Shown in pieces: positions 5,757 through 14,545 of a stretch of DNA of 42,822 nucleotides (the first letter of the stretch is position 1; each line of letters begins with the position of its first letter). A model generated the notes under the pieces. It saw only the letters and a program-made list of their open reading frames with translations. It made no database searches and had not been told where the DNA came from. Source of the stretch: a phage; the NCBI GenBank assembly GCA_018167975.1, contig GCA_018167975.1_4333.1, one strand, 5' to 3'. A program made the translations under genes and the position numbers.

Positions 5757-8027
5757 ATGTCCGATGTAATTTTATCCTACTCGTGGTCTCGTCGCAACGC
5801 GCGGGCAGAGAAAAAGGATATAAACGTCAGAACAACACACACGGCAACACTGGACAACCTGAAAGAGTTAATCCAGCCGCTCGATGCCGTTCGTGACGGA
5901 ATTAACCCGAAGACCGCGCCGGGCTATATCACTGCCGCGTGCGATTCTACGCACAGCACCGTAAAAGACCCGGAAACCGGTGACTTTAAGCAAGCGCGTA
6001 AAGGCTTCTTCTATCGCTGTGATGCGTCTGTAAGCAAATCGTCGCTGGCGTACCTGGACTTCGACAGTGCAACGCCGGAAGAGTATCAGGAAGCGGTGCG
6101 CCTGGTTAAGCGCAGCCGCCGGGCGATGTGCCTCTACACCACGGCATCTCATACCGATGAGTCTCCACGCTTTCGCGTCGTCATGCCACTGGGCCGTCCT
6201 GTTGAAGGTGGTGACATCATCCGCATTCGTCATGGATTGCTGGAGCACTTCTTCGAAGGCATGGGTGCTGACCGCAGCGGGTTCACTCTGTCCCAGCCGA
6301 TGTACCTGCCGCCGGTTGGCTCTCAGGTTATCTGGTCGCGTCGCAATGACCTGATTGACCCGGACGAGTTACTGGAAGGCATCCCGGATTACGAGGTGAG
6401 CAGCGCGTCTGACTACCAGATACCGGAAGAACTGCGCACCTCGTTCACGGATGCGTTCGAAGCACTGGCGTTCGAGTACGGTGGCATCATGACGCCGCGT
6501 GGCCTTAAGATACCAGCTACGCCAGAACACGCAGAGAACTACAGCGACCCGACCCCGCGCCCGGACGACTTCCTGCTGTGTTTCCCGCGCGAGGGGTATG
6601 AAGCGCCGAACGTAACCATGATTCACGACACCGACATTACGGCAACAGAAGGCATGTCACCGAAAGAGGTGTGGAAGTATGCGTGTGATGCGACCGGTCT
6701 GCCGTTCAGTGAGGTCGCTGAGGCTATTGGCTGGGGCGCACGTGAATCTATTTCATGCAGTCTCGATGACCTGGAGGACGACGAGGACTCAGAGGTGGAC
6801 GAGTTACCTGAACCGGTAAAGGCTGATTTCGTCGTCGAGGGGTACATGCCGTCAGATTGTATCTGGGATATCGTCGGGGAATCCGGCACGTACAAATCAT
6901 TCTATACGCTGGGGATGATGTACCTTAGCGCCGCCGGATACCGGTTCGCGGGGGCCGATACCCAGCGTTGCCACCATTTCTATGTCGACGGTGAGGGTGG
7001 CGCTGCTACACGTACCCGTATTGATGCGCTCGCGGCTAAATATGGCGAGGAAGGTAAAGATTATGTACATGTCATTGATATGGGCGAAGTCGGAAAACTG
7101 AAAAACCTGATTAAGCTAATGCGCGAAACTGCGGGCGATGAACCAATCGGCATGGTTGCGTTCGACACCCTTAACCAGACGCTGGCCCTGACGATTGATA
7201 AGTTCGACGAGAACAGTTCATCAACGGCAATCGGTATGGGTAAAGTTATCGCCATCCTGAAAGAAGTACGCGACGCGACTAAAGCCGCGGTAGGCGTTGT
7301 GCACCACACACCGAAAGGCGGAAAGAAAGCCCGAGGTAGCGGCGCTCTGTATGCAGGCGTAGACGTTGAACTGACAATTGAACGTGCCACCGAACGTCAG
7401 ATAAACGTATACCACTCTAAATTTAAGCACGGGCCTCAACAGAAAACGGTTGGCATGGTGTTGGAGTCAGTACAGTTCCGCGAAGCCCCGCCACCGAAAG
7501 AGTACCGCGCGGTTGAGTTCCTCGGTAGCACAGAGGAATACGGCACAATCGTAAACCTCGACCTGCCGGAACCGCACAAGGCGCTTGTGCTGATGCCGTG
7601 GGGCTTCGAACCGTTCAAAACTGACGAGGAGAAAGAGCGGGAAGAAGGGCTGACAAAGGAAGGTAAAGCGGCCATTAAAGAAAAGGTAGGTCAGTTCGAG
7701 AAACTTGATACCAAAGAAGCTACGGTTATTTACGCATTGGGTAAATTGCAGGAGCAGGGTGACGACAAGCGAGGGTTTTCTATGTCAGCTATCGTCAAAG
7801 CCGCGAAAGAAGATAGTTACGGCGTACCAATTAACGCTAATAACGACCTTCGAAAGAAACTGGAAGAGATGCACGAGGCTGGGGTTATCGTCTCGGGTCT
7901 GGATAACAACAACAGACCTATCCCTAAGCAGTACCGGTTGCCGTGGGGTATAAACGACAACAAAATACCGAAGACAATATACGAACCGAATGAGATGTTA
8001 ACAGTGACAGAGGAGGATTTGGAATGA
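5757..8027 (+). CDS. Replication primase-helicase (primase-like N-terminal domain fused to a RecA-like/AAA_25 ATPase domain)
   Basis: 756 aa; N-terminal region with LAYLDFD...CLYTTASHTDESPRFRVVMPLG (prim-pol-like); C-terminal region with GESGTYKS (P-loop-like), VAFDTLNQ and VVHHTPKGG segments typical of RepA/DnaB-type RecA folds; GAAGGAAA RBS. Confidence 0.6.
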   Translation: MSDVILSYSWSRRNARAEKKDINVRTTHTATLDNLKELIQPLDAVRDGINPKTAPGYITAACDSTHSTVKDPETGDFKQARKGFFYRCDASVSKSSLAYLDFDSATPEEYQEAVRLVKRSRRAMCLYTTASHTDESPRFRVVMPLGRPVEGGDIIRIRHGLLEHFFEGMGADRSGFTLSQPMYLPPVGSQVIWSRRNDLIDPDELLEGIPDYEVSSASDYQIPEELRTSFTDAFEALAFEYGGIMTPRGLKIPATPEHAENYSDPTPRPDDFLLCFPREGYEAPNVTMIHDTDITATEGMSPKEVWKYACDATGLPFSEVAEAIGWGARESISCSLDDLEDDEDSEVDELPEPVKADFVVEGYMPSDCIWDIVGESGTYKSFYTLGMMYLSAAGYRFAGADTQRCHHFYVDGEGGAATRTRIDALAAKYGEEGKDYVHVIDMGEVGKLKNLIKLMRETAGDEPIGMVAFDTLNQTLALTIDKFDENSSSTAIGMGKVIAILKEVRDATKAAVGVVHHTPKGGKKARGSGALYAGVDVELTIERATERQINVYHSKFKHGPQQKTVGMVLESVQFREAPPPKEYRAVEFLGSTEEYGTIVNLDLPEPHKALVLMPWGFEPFKTDEEKEREEGLTKEGKAAIKEKVGQFEKLDTKEATVIYALGKLQEQGDDKRGFSMSAIVKAAKEDSYGVPINANNDLRKKLEEMHEAGVIVSGLDNNNRPIPKQYRLPWGINDNKIPKTIYEPNEMLTVTEEDLE

Positions 8028-8338
8028 ATATCTACGATTTTATAGATAACCCGTTTAAGGCAGTGAAGGCAGGATACCGCCCGTCATACCTGACATGTGT
8101 TTCCGCGGTAAGCGGCCACTGGTGGACTTTTTGGGTTTACACGGCGGGGATTTTTGCGGAGTTTAAAGACATTTTAGATATGACGCTGGCGGAGATTATA
8201 AAGTGCCTTTTCAAGTTGATTATCGCGATAGCTATTGTAATAAGTTTTCCTGTAAGTGTGTGGTTTCTGGCCTGGATTCAGTACCTGAACGTGCAACACA
8301 CGGTTAAGAATTTGGAAGAACTCGATAAGTTGAAATAA
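8024..8338 (+). CDS. Hypothetical membrane protein
   Basis: ATGA overlap with the primase-helicase stop; hydrophobic segments HWWTFWVYTAGIFA and LIIAIAIVISFPVSVWFLAWI. Confidence 0.5.
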   Translation: MNIYDFIDNPFKAVKAGYRPSYLTCVSAVSGHWWTFWVYTAGIFAEFKDILDMTLAEIIKCLFKLIIAIAIVISFPVSVWFLAWIQYLNVQHTVKNLEELDKLK

Positions 8339-8362
8339 AAAGAAAGGGGCGTTAAGCCCCTT
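8333..8362. terminator. Bidirectional hairpin terminator between convergent genes
   Basis: Stem AGGGGC (8345-8350) / GCCCCT (8356-8361), loop GTTAA; A-rich tract upstream on the plus strand gives a U-tract for the minus-strand (Cro-like gene) transcript. Confidence 0.5.
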
Positions 8363-8567
8363 CACCGAACGCCAGCCACTTGGCGTCTACTTCCAGCACT
8401 TCCGCCAGTTTAAACAGCGTCGCCGGGCGGACGTCCTGAGTTACTCCAAGTGCCAGCTGGTTAATTACGCCCTGGGAAACGCCAGCCAGGACAGCAAGAC
8501 GGCGCTGGGAGATGCCGAGTTCTTTACGACGTTGTTCTACACGGATGCCTAGTTCAGATGGTTGCAT
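8352..8567 (-). CDS. Cro/CI-type (XRE-family) HTH transcriptional regulator
   Basis: 71 aa; ELGISQRRLAVLAGVSQGVINQL is a canonical XRE HTH; AAGGAG RBS; divergently transcribed from the rightward early promoter at 8632-8661. Confidence 0.7.
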   Translation of the reverse strand: MQPSELGIRVEQRRKELGISQRRLAVLAGVSQGVINQLALGVTQDVRPATLFKLAEVLEVDAKWLAFGEGA

Positions 8568-8598
8568 GTCAATTACTCCTTAGTCAGTTGATATGTGA

Positions 8599-8627
8599 AT
8601 AGTACCATATTAATTATTTTAGAAAAG
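8599..8627 (-). promoter_or_regulatory. Candidate promoter of the Cro-like regulator gene (extended -10 TGGTACTAT, weak -35)
   Basis: rc of 8599-8607 = TGGTACTAT (TGn extended -10); spacer region carries a degenerate copy of the AATAG palindrome; back-to-back with the plus-strand promoter. Confidence 0.4.
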
Positions 8628-8631
8628 CCCA

Positions 8632-8661
8632 TTGACAACATGAATAGTTCGCTATTATAGT
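8632..8661 (+). promoter_or_regulatory. Sigma70-like promoter: -35 TTGACA, 18-bp spacer, -10 TATAGT, palindrome AATAGTTCGCTATT in spacer
   Basis: TTGACA 8632-8637, TATAGT 8656-8661; AATAG-N4-CTATT at 8643-8656; followed by GAGGAG RBS and the ATG at 8693. Confidence 0.6.
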
Positions 8662-8692
8662 TAGCGCATACCAAACGAGAGGAGAGAAACAA

Positions 8693-9214
8693 ATGTTAGA
8701 CCAATTCTTAAAATTACTGGAACGTTTCGTAGTTGCACATGAACTGATTGCTGCGAATAGTGCGAAACCACAAAACAGTAAATCAGTAGGTGAATTGACG
8801 GTTGACGTCGCGGTAACGGGGGTAGAAACAGTTAAAAAAGAACTGGCTAAAGCACTTGAAGAAGTCGAGAAGGCGAAAGAAACCCCGGTGGAAGGCGAAG
8901 ACATCATCGACACTAAACCGGCAGAAGAAGAGAAGCCGAAACGCAAGCCGCGTAAAGCTAAAGTAGAGGAACCGATGCCAGAACCGGAAGAAGAGAAAGA
9001 AGAGGTCGATTATAAGTCTCTGCGTGACCAGATTCAGGCTATCGACGATGCGATTAACGAAGGGCCCAGCGATGCCGCGTGCGATGACTCTGATGAACTG
9101 CTGGAAGAGTTCACCGGCAAGAAGATGAAGATTGCCGCGATTAAAGACGAAGACCTGGCTGAATACTTGGAACGCCTGACAGCGATCAAGAACAAGTATT
9201 TCGAAGAAGAATAA
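8693..9214 (+). CDS. Hypothetical acidic protein (Glu/Lys-rich, coiled-coil-like)
   Basis: 173 aa, highly charged (EEEKPKRKPRKAKVEEPMPEPEEEKEE); GAGGAG RBS; no recognisable catalytic motif. Confidence 0.55.
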   Translation: MLDQFLKLLERFVVAHELIAANSAKPQNSKSVGELTVDVAVTGVETVKKELAKALEEVEKAKETPVEGEDIIDTKPAEEEKPKRKPRKAKVEEPMPEPEEEKEEVDYKSLRDQIQAIDDAINEGPSDAACDDSDELLEEFTGKKMKIAAIKDEDLAEYLERLTAIKNKYFEEE

Positions 9215-9218
9215 CTAT

Positions 9219-9243
9219 CCCGCGGCCTTCGGGCCGCTTTAAC
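9219..9243 (+). terminator. Weak hairpin terminator or attenuator
   Basis: Stem GCGGCC (9222-9227) / GGCCGC (9232-9237), loop TTCG, followed by only TTT. Confidence 0.35.
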
Positions 9244-9257
9244 TGAGGGTCGGAATT

Positions 9258-9530
9258 ATGATTTACCAACTCTACCGCGCTATCGACAGGCGAGATAACA
9301 CGGAGGCGTTGTGGCTGTTGCGCGCACCGTCCGGCGCGCACCAGATGGAAGAGATGGCGTACTTAGGCAGAGTACCGCGGCCTAAAGATATAGGCCGTCA
9401 CGTGTCGCAGATTAAGCGCACGACTTTCGCAAAACCTGACTTTTATGTCTTCGAGTCTATGTATAGCTGGGCTATGCACTGCGAACATAAGACTCGGCAT
9501 TTAATTGACCAGTGGGAGAACAGGGTATGA
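9258..9530 (+). CDS. Hypothetical protein
   Basis: ATG at 9258 with GAGGG RBS; 90 aa; no recognisable motif. Confidence 0.5.
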   Translation: MIYQLYRAIDRRDNTEALWLLRAPSGAHQMEEMAYLGRVPRPKDIGRHVSQIKRTTFAKPDFYVFESMYSWAMHCEHKTRHLIDQWENRV

Positions 9531-10768
9531 TTTTAAAGGAACGCGGCGGTAATAACGATGTACACGCCTTACTATCGCCATCTGGCGCTAAAAAATGGCT
9601 TAGCTGTGCTGCATCCCTGGCCTGTGAAAAAGATATTCCTAACACGTCCGGTAAATCAGCCGTTACCGGGACTGCGTGCCACACTATAGCTGAGGTCCAT
9701 CTGAACCAGTACATCAGAGGCACTGCGTTGCCGTTAGAGCGGGAAGTTGGCGCGTACGTACTGGATGAAGGTAAAGGCCAGATTAAGGCGCTAATTAGCC
9801 CGATGAAAGGCGCGGTACTGATTACGGCGGACATGATTGAGCAGGTGCGCAAGTACACAGACTATTGCAAAGAGATTATCGATGTAGCGACTTACGCCAA
9901 ACTGGAAATGCGTGTCAATCTTACTGAGGTATTGCATCCGGGGTATGAAGGCGTTGAGACGTTCGGAACCGCTGACCTTGTTGCCGTTCAGGAACTAGCC
10001 AACACCGACGAGCACATGCTAATCATCGGCGACCTGAAAACAGGACGACATCGTGTCGAAGCGAAAGAAAACAAGCAGCTTATGCTTTACGCTCTCGGTG
10101 TTTATCGCCGACTCAAGAGACGTTATAACATCACAGTTGTTCGCCTGGTCATCTTTCAGCCATACGCTGGCGGTGCATCGGAGTGGGACATCTCGGTTGA
10201 AGGTCTGGAACTGTTTGCTAAGTTCGCACAGAAACGTGCGCTGTTGGCTCTTGATGCGTATTTCCGTGGCAAGAAGAACCTGAAAGCGTCGGACTTCAGG
10301 CCATCTGTAGACGGTTGCCAGTGGTGCCGTTTCTCAGAACAATGCGCCGCGCGTACAAAAACAGTTAACTCTGTACTGGCGGAAGAACTTGAGGACGATT
10401 TTGCACTGGAACTGACGCCTGAGCAACTCGTATCTGAGTATGAGAAGTTGCCGCTGTTGCGCCAGCACATCGACAAGGTTGAAAAAGCTATGGCCGCCGC
10501 GTTGCATTCCGGTAAGAAAGTGCCGGGGTATAAGATGGTAGAAGGTCGCCCGGGTAATCGTGCGTGGAAAGACACGGAGAAAGTAGCAGAACTCTACGGC
10601 GACAAGCTGACTAAAGAAGTGCTCATGACGCCTACCGAAGCAGTTAAAGTAATACCGGAAGAAGAACTGAAAGACTTCATTACCCGTAAACCGGGAGCGC
10701 CATGCGTTACAACGACAGACGACAAACGTCCTGAGTGGAATCAGGTGACAGAGGAGGATTTAGAATGA
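9527..10768 (+). CDS. PD-(D/E)XK nuclease, Cas4/RecB-like exonuclease with 4-Cys Fe-S cluster motif
   Basis: ORF 9512..10768; ATG at 9527 (ATGA overlap, GGGAGAA RBS); catalytic-type motifs ADLVAV, IIGDLKTG, QLMLYAL; Cys in LSCAASLAC plus C-x2-C-x5-C (CQWCRFSEQC). Confidence 0.7.
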   Translation: MILKERGGNNDVHALLSPSGAKKWLSCAASLACEKDIPNTSGKSAVTGTACHTIAEVHLNQYIRGTALPLEREVGAYVLDEGKGQIKALISPMKGAVLITADMIEQVRKYTDYCKEIIDVATYAKLEMRVNLTEVLHPGYEGVETFGTADLVAVQELANTDEHMLIIGDLKTGRHRVEAKENKQLMLYALGVYRRLKRRYNITVVRLVIFQPYAGGASEWDISVEGLELFAKFAQKRALLALDAYFRGKKNLKASDFRPSVDGCQWCRFSEQCAARTKTVNSVLAEELEDDFALELTPEQLVSEYEKLPLLRQHIDKVEKAMAAALHSGKKVPGYKMVEGRPGNRAWKDTEKVAELYGDKLTKEVLMTPTEAVKVIPEEELKDFITRKPGAPCVTTTDDKRPEWNQVTEEDLE

Positions 10769-10923
10769 TTCGTAAAATTAAATATTGGGGGCTGGTTTCC
10801 CCTTTTATCGTAATAGGCGCGTTTACTTCGTCTATCGCGTGGGTAGACCGTAAACTTAGCGACAGTGAAACAATCGAGCGTTATTTTCTTTGGTGTGAGA
10901 AAGTTTCTAAAATTAAGCGTTGA
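10765..10923 (+). CDS. Small membrane protein (52 aa, 1 TM)
   Basis: ATGA overlap with the nuclease stop; GGAGG RBS embedded in the upstream coding sequence; hydrophobic WGLVSPFIVIGAFTSSIAW. Confidence 0.4.
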   Translation: MIRKIKYWGLVSPFIVIGAFTSSIAWVDRKLSDSETIERYFLWCEKVSKIKR

Positions 10924-10948
10924 CACCTGAATAGTTAGCTATTATAGT
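10920..10948 (+). promoter_or_regulatory. Sigma70-like promoter: -35 TTGACA, 17-bp spacer, -10 TATAGT, palindrome AATAGTTAGCTATT in spacer
   Basis: TTGACA 10920-10925, TATAGT 10943-10948; upstream of the SSB-like gene. Confidence 0.6.
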
Positions 10949-11006
10949 TCTAATCACTGGCCGGGCAGTTCCCGGAGTAAACGAAACTTAAAAGCGAGAA
11001 ATCAAG

Positions 11007-11633
11007 ATGGGTATTAAACTGAATCTGCGTAAAGTAAACACTGCATGGGTTAACGTATTCGAACGCGAAAAAGACCGTGAAAACGATGATGGCTCAATCA
11101 CTAAAGGTCAGTACAGCGCGACTATCATCCTGCCGTCTGACCACGCTCAAATAGACGCGCTTTACGACACTGTTTATGCTGTAGTTGAAGAAGCGTTGGG
11201 TGCAGCCGCTGCCGAGAAGTGGATGAAGTCCAACTACGGCGAAGGTAAGCACATGGATAAATGCGCGATTAAAGACATTGCCGAGCGCGACAATCCATTT
11301 GAAGACTTCCCGGAAGGCTTCTACTTCAAAGCGAAAGCGCAGAAACAGCCGCTGATTGTAACCTCTAAAAAAGGTGAGACTCAGGTGGAGCAGGACTTCA
11401 ATGTAGACGGAGAACAGATTGAAGGTGAACAGGTTTACAGCGGCTGCGTGGCCAACGTAAGCGTCGAAATCTGGTTTAGCCAGAAATACAAAGTCCTCGG
11501 CGTTAACCTGCTGGCCATTAAATACGTCGGCGAAGGTAAAGCGTTCGGTGGTTCTAAAGTCGCCGCAAGTGTCGATGACCTGGAAGACGACGAAGAAGAT
11601 GAAGCACCGCGCCGCGAACGTCGCCGTCGTTAA
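11007..11633 (+). CDS. Putative single-stranded DNA-binding protein (T7 gp2.5-like architecture, acidic C-terminal tail)
   Basis: 208 aa; C-terminal GVNLLAIKYVGEGKAFGGS followed by acidic DDLEDDEEDE tail, reminiscent of gp2.5-type SSBs; own promoter and terminator. Confidence 0.5.
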   Translation: MGIKLNLRKVNTAWVNVFEREKDRENDDGSITKGQYSATIILPSDHAQIDALYDTVYAVVEEALGAAAAEKWMKSNYGEGKHMDKCAIKDIAERDNPFEDFPEGFYFKAKAQKQPLIVTSKKGETQVEQDFNVDGEQIEGEQVYSGCVANVSVEIWFSQKYKVLGVNLLAIKYVGEGKAFGGSKVAASVDDLEDDEEDEAPRRERRRR

Positions 11634-11652
11634 TATCTGAATCAATTTAACT

Positions 11653-11677
11653 AAGGCCCTTCATTGGGCCTTTTTAC
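11653..11677 (+). terminator. Rho-independent terminator
   Basis: Stem AGGCCC (11654-11659) / GGGCCT (11666-11671), loop TTCATT, followed by TTTTT. Confidence 0.6.
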
Positions 11678-11687
11678 CGGAGTCAGA

Positions 11688-12161
11688 ATGGAACATATAA
11701 AAGATTTTCTTAGCTATAACCGAGAAACCGGAATATTCACATGGATACAACCTACGTACAGACGAGGGAAACCTGGAGACATTGCGGGATGCATTAATAG
11801 TAGCGGATACTGGCGCATACCTTATATGGGTAGATATTACATGGCCCACAGGCTTGCTTGGTTTTTCGAGTACGGTGAATGGCCTGAGGGGCCGCTTGAC
11901 CACATAAACCGTGACAGGTTAGACAATAGGATTTCTAACCTAAGGAAAGCAACCACCGCAGATAATGTGCGAAACGCTAAAAATAAGGGAGCTAGAACGG
12001 GAGTTAAGGGAGTAGTTAAAACCGGCAACCGATTTTATGGGCGGGTACATTTTAACTACAAAAGTTATAATGCGGGTAGCTACGGAACTCTTGAAGAAGC
12101 AGAAAGCGCTGTAAAGAAATTAAGAGAAAAACTGCATAAGGAATTTTATTGCCATGACTAG
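11688..12161 (+). CDS. HNH homing endonuclease (HNH_3 catalytic motif plus AP2-like DNA-binding domain)
   Basis: ORF 11664..12161; ATG at 11688 with GGAG RBS; AHRLAWFFEYGEWPEGPLDHINRDRLDNRISNLR (HNH) and GVKGVVKTGNRFYGRV...GTLEEAESA (AP2-like). Confidence 0.75.
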   Translation: MEHIKDFLSYNRETGIFTWIQPTYRRGKPGDIAGCINSSGYWRIPYMGRYYMAHRLAWFFEYGEWPEGPLDHINRDRLDNRISNLRKATTADNVRNAKNKGARTGVKGVVKTGNRFYGRVHFNYKSYNAGSYGTLEEAESAVKKLREKLHKEFYCHD

Positions 12162-14424
12162 TTTATTATACCTGGATACCGAGACATTCTCCGAAGCAGA
12201 CTTAAAGAAAGTCGGGTCGTATGCGTATGCGGAGCACCCAACGACAGAGGTTATAATTTGTACATATGCCGTTGATGACGGCCCTGTAGAAGTATGGGAT
12301 TGCACTTCCGAACCAGTAATGCCAATAAGCCTCCGCGTAGCGCTCCGTAATGTTATGCGTGGACGTATGAAAATCGTGGGCCATAACTTTTTAATGTTCG
12401 ATCGTCTAATCCTGAAACACTGCTGGGACTTTGATATCCCGGTAAGCAACACCATTGATACGATGATTTGGGCGTTTCGTCACGCGCTGCCAGGGTCACT
12501 TGATGCGCTGTGTGAAGTGCTTGGCGTGTCCGCTGATAATGCGAAAGACAAACGCGGCAAGGCGCTGATTCAGCGTTTCTCTAAACCGACACCGAAGAAC
12601 TATAAAATCCGCCGCTACACCGCCGAAACGCACCCGGACGAATGGGCGCTGTTCATCAAGTACGCCGTGAGCGACATCACAGCGATGCGTGAAGTCTTCC
12701 ATAAGCTGCCACGTTGGGGTAACTCCGATTTCGAGGACCGTGTACTTGAACTTGACCAGTTAATCAACGACCGAGGCTTTTTTGTTGATGCAGCTCTTGC
12801 TGAGGCAGCGGTAGCGGCAGTTGAACGCCACAAGCAAGAGCTAAAAAACGAGGCCCGCGCGAAATTCGGGGGGAAACTAACGGGCAAAGACTTCCTGCCA
12901 ATCCTTCGGGAGCTGGCACCGGCCTACAATATCTATAATGCGCAGAAAGCGACGCTCGAAGGTTTGTTAGAGGACGACGACTTGCCCGACGATGCGCGTA
13001 CAATCATTGAGATGCGCCTCGGCGCGGCCTCCACGGCGTCAACAAAATATAAGCCGCTCCTGTTAGGACGGTCCAAAGACGGACGACGCCGTGGTTGCAT
13101 CCAGTATGGCGGCGCGAAGCGCACTTTACGGTTTGCGGGTAAAGGGTTCCAGCCGCAGAACCTGTCGCGCGGGTACTACCACGACGACCCGACTAACGAG
13201 GAAAAGAAACTTGTACGCCAGCCGTGGGAGTCCGACGAAGACTGGAACCGCAGGCTTAACCCGCTATCATTTGGCATCAATTTGCTTTTAAAGGGTCGGG
13301 CGCATCGCCGTTTCGATGTATCTAAGCTGACAGCTTCAACTGTTCGCAGCTGCATCATCCCTGAAAAGGGTAATAAGTTGCTCGTTGCCGACTACTCAAA
13401 CGTGGAAGGGCGCGGGTTGGCCTGGGCCGCCGGGGAGACATCCGCGCTTGAGACCTTCCGAGCAGGGATTGATATCTATTGCGCCACCGCGGGCAAGATG
13501 TTTGGCATGGACCCCGTAGAGCTAAAAGCCACCCGTAAGGACCTACGTCAGGTCGGGAAATGTTGCGAACTCGGCCTCGGCTACGAGGGGGGCGTAGGGG
13601 CCTTTATGACTATGGCTAAAACTTACGGGCTGGACCTCTTTAAAATGACGGAGACAATGCGGGGCACGTTCCCTGATCACATTTGGGCGGCTACTGCCAG
13701 GGGCTATGAATGGGCGCGGATTCAGGAGGCTAAGAGACCCCCGAAACCCGGTAAAAAGGATGAACGGGCCTCTTATGTGCTGCCTAAAGAAGTCTGGCGC
13801 ACCTGCGATGCTATCAAGCGCATGTGGCGTGAGGCCCATCCAGAAACAGTGAAATTCTGGAACGACCTTAAGGATTCGGTAATTGCCGCAATCAGAAATC
13901 CGGGACGAGAGTTTTGGGCGGGGGCCAGAGTCCGCCTTAACGGCGACAGAGCTATTCGCATCTGGCGTACTAAAGAGAAAGATAGTCAGGGTAGATTTGT
14001 GCCGGGTTGGTGGTTGTGTGTAGAACTGCCGTCAGGGCGCGTCATGTCGTACCCCGGCATAGGTCTGAGCGTTACTAAAGAAACTGACGAGGATGGGCGC
14101 GTAACAACTAACGTTCGCATTAAGTACCAGGGCGAAAACCAGACCACCCGCCAGTGGACAACTTTGTACACACACGGCGGAAAATTGTGTGAAAACATCA
14201 TCCAGGCGTTGTGCCGTGATTTACTGGTTAACGGACTCCTGACGGTCGAGGCGGCGGGCTACCCAATTGTACTCCACGTACATGACGAATGTGTTGCCGA
14301 AACGCCAGACACGCCAGAGTACACGGTTAAAGAGATGGGTGACCTGCTATGCTCATTACCCGAATGGGCCGAAGGGTTCCCGTTAACATGGGCTGGGGAA
14401 GAGGTGTACCGTTATGCTAAGTAA
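12154..14424 (+). CDS. DNA polymerase, family A (Pol I-like) with 3'-5' exonuclease domain
   Basis: 756 aa; exo motifs YLDTETFS, HNFLMFD, YAVSDITAM; polymerase motifs DYSNVEGRGLAW (A), RKDLRQVGKCCELGLGYEGG (B), VLHVHDECV (C). Confidence 0.85.
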   Translation: MTSLLYLDTETFSEADLKKVGSYAYAEHPTTEVIICTYAVDDGPVEVWDCTSEPVMPISLRVALRNVMRGRMKIVGHNFLMFDRLILKHCWDFDIPVSNTIDTMIWAFRHALPGSLDALCEVLGVSADNAKDKRGKALIQRFSKPTPKNYKIRRYTAETHPDEWALFIKYAVSDITAMREVFHKLPRWGNSDFEDRVLELDQLINDRGFFVDAALAEAAVAAVERHKQELKNEARAKFGGKLTGKDFLPILRELAPAYNIYNAQKATLEGLLEDDDLPDDARTIIEMRLGAASTASTKYKPLLLGRSKDGRRRGCIQYGGAKRTLRFAGKGFQPQNLSRGYYHDDPTNEEKKLVRQPWESDEDWNRRLNPLSFGINLLLKGRAHRRFDVSKLTASTVRSCIIPEKGNKLLVADYSNVEGRGLAWAAGETSALETFRAGIDIYCATAGKMFGMDPVELKATRKDLRQVGKCCELGLGYEGGVGAFMTMAKTYGLDLFKMTETMRGTFPDHIWAATARGYEWARIQEAKRPPKPGKKDERASYVLPKEVWRTCDAIKRMWREAHPETVKFWNDLKDSVIAAIRNPGREFWAGARVRLNGDRAIRIWRTKEKDSQGRFVPGWWLCVELPSGRVMSYPGIGLSVTKETDEDGRVTTNVRIKYQGENQTTRQWTTLYTHGGKLCENIIQALCRDLLVNGLLTVEAAGYPIVLHVHDECVAETPDTPEYTVKEMGDLLCSLPEWAEGFPLTWAGEEVYRYAK

Positions 14425-14545
14425 ACTGATTATCGCAGTACTGGCGGGATTTGCCGCCGGTGTCTACTGTCACGAGGGCCAATACGGCATGATTGTAGCC
14501 GTATTAGGTATGTTCATCGCAATTTATCTGTGGGTGCTGGAATGA
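14414..14545 (+). CDS. Small hydrophobic peptide (43 aa, 2 TM-like segments)
   Basis: Below track cutoff; ATG at 14414 with GAAGAGGTG RBS; overlaps the polymerase stop; ends in an ATGA overlap with the next micro-ORF. Confidence 0.3.
   Translation: MLSKLIIAVLAGFAAGVYCHEGQYGMIVAVLGMFIAIYLWVLE

Noticed and set aside
5868-7953. Multiple overlapping ORFs on both strands within the primase-helicase gene (e.g. 5868..6248, 6067..6354, 6623..6895, 7061..7390, 7705..7953)
   Set aside because: All are embedded in the 756-aa primase-helicase reading frame, lack RBSs and have biased composition.
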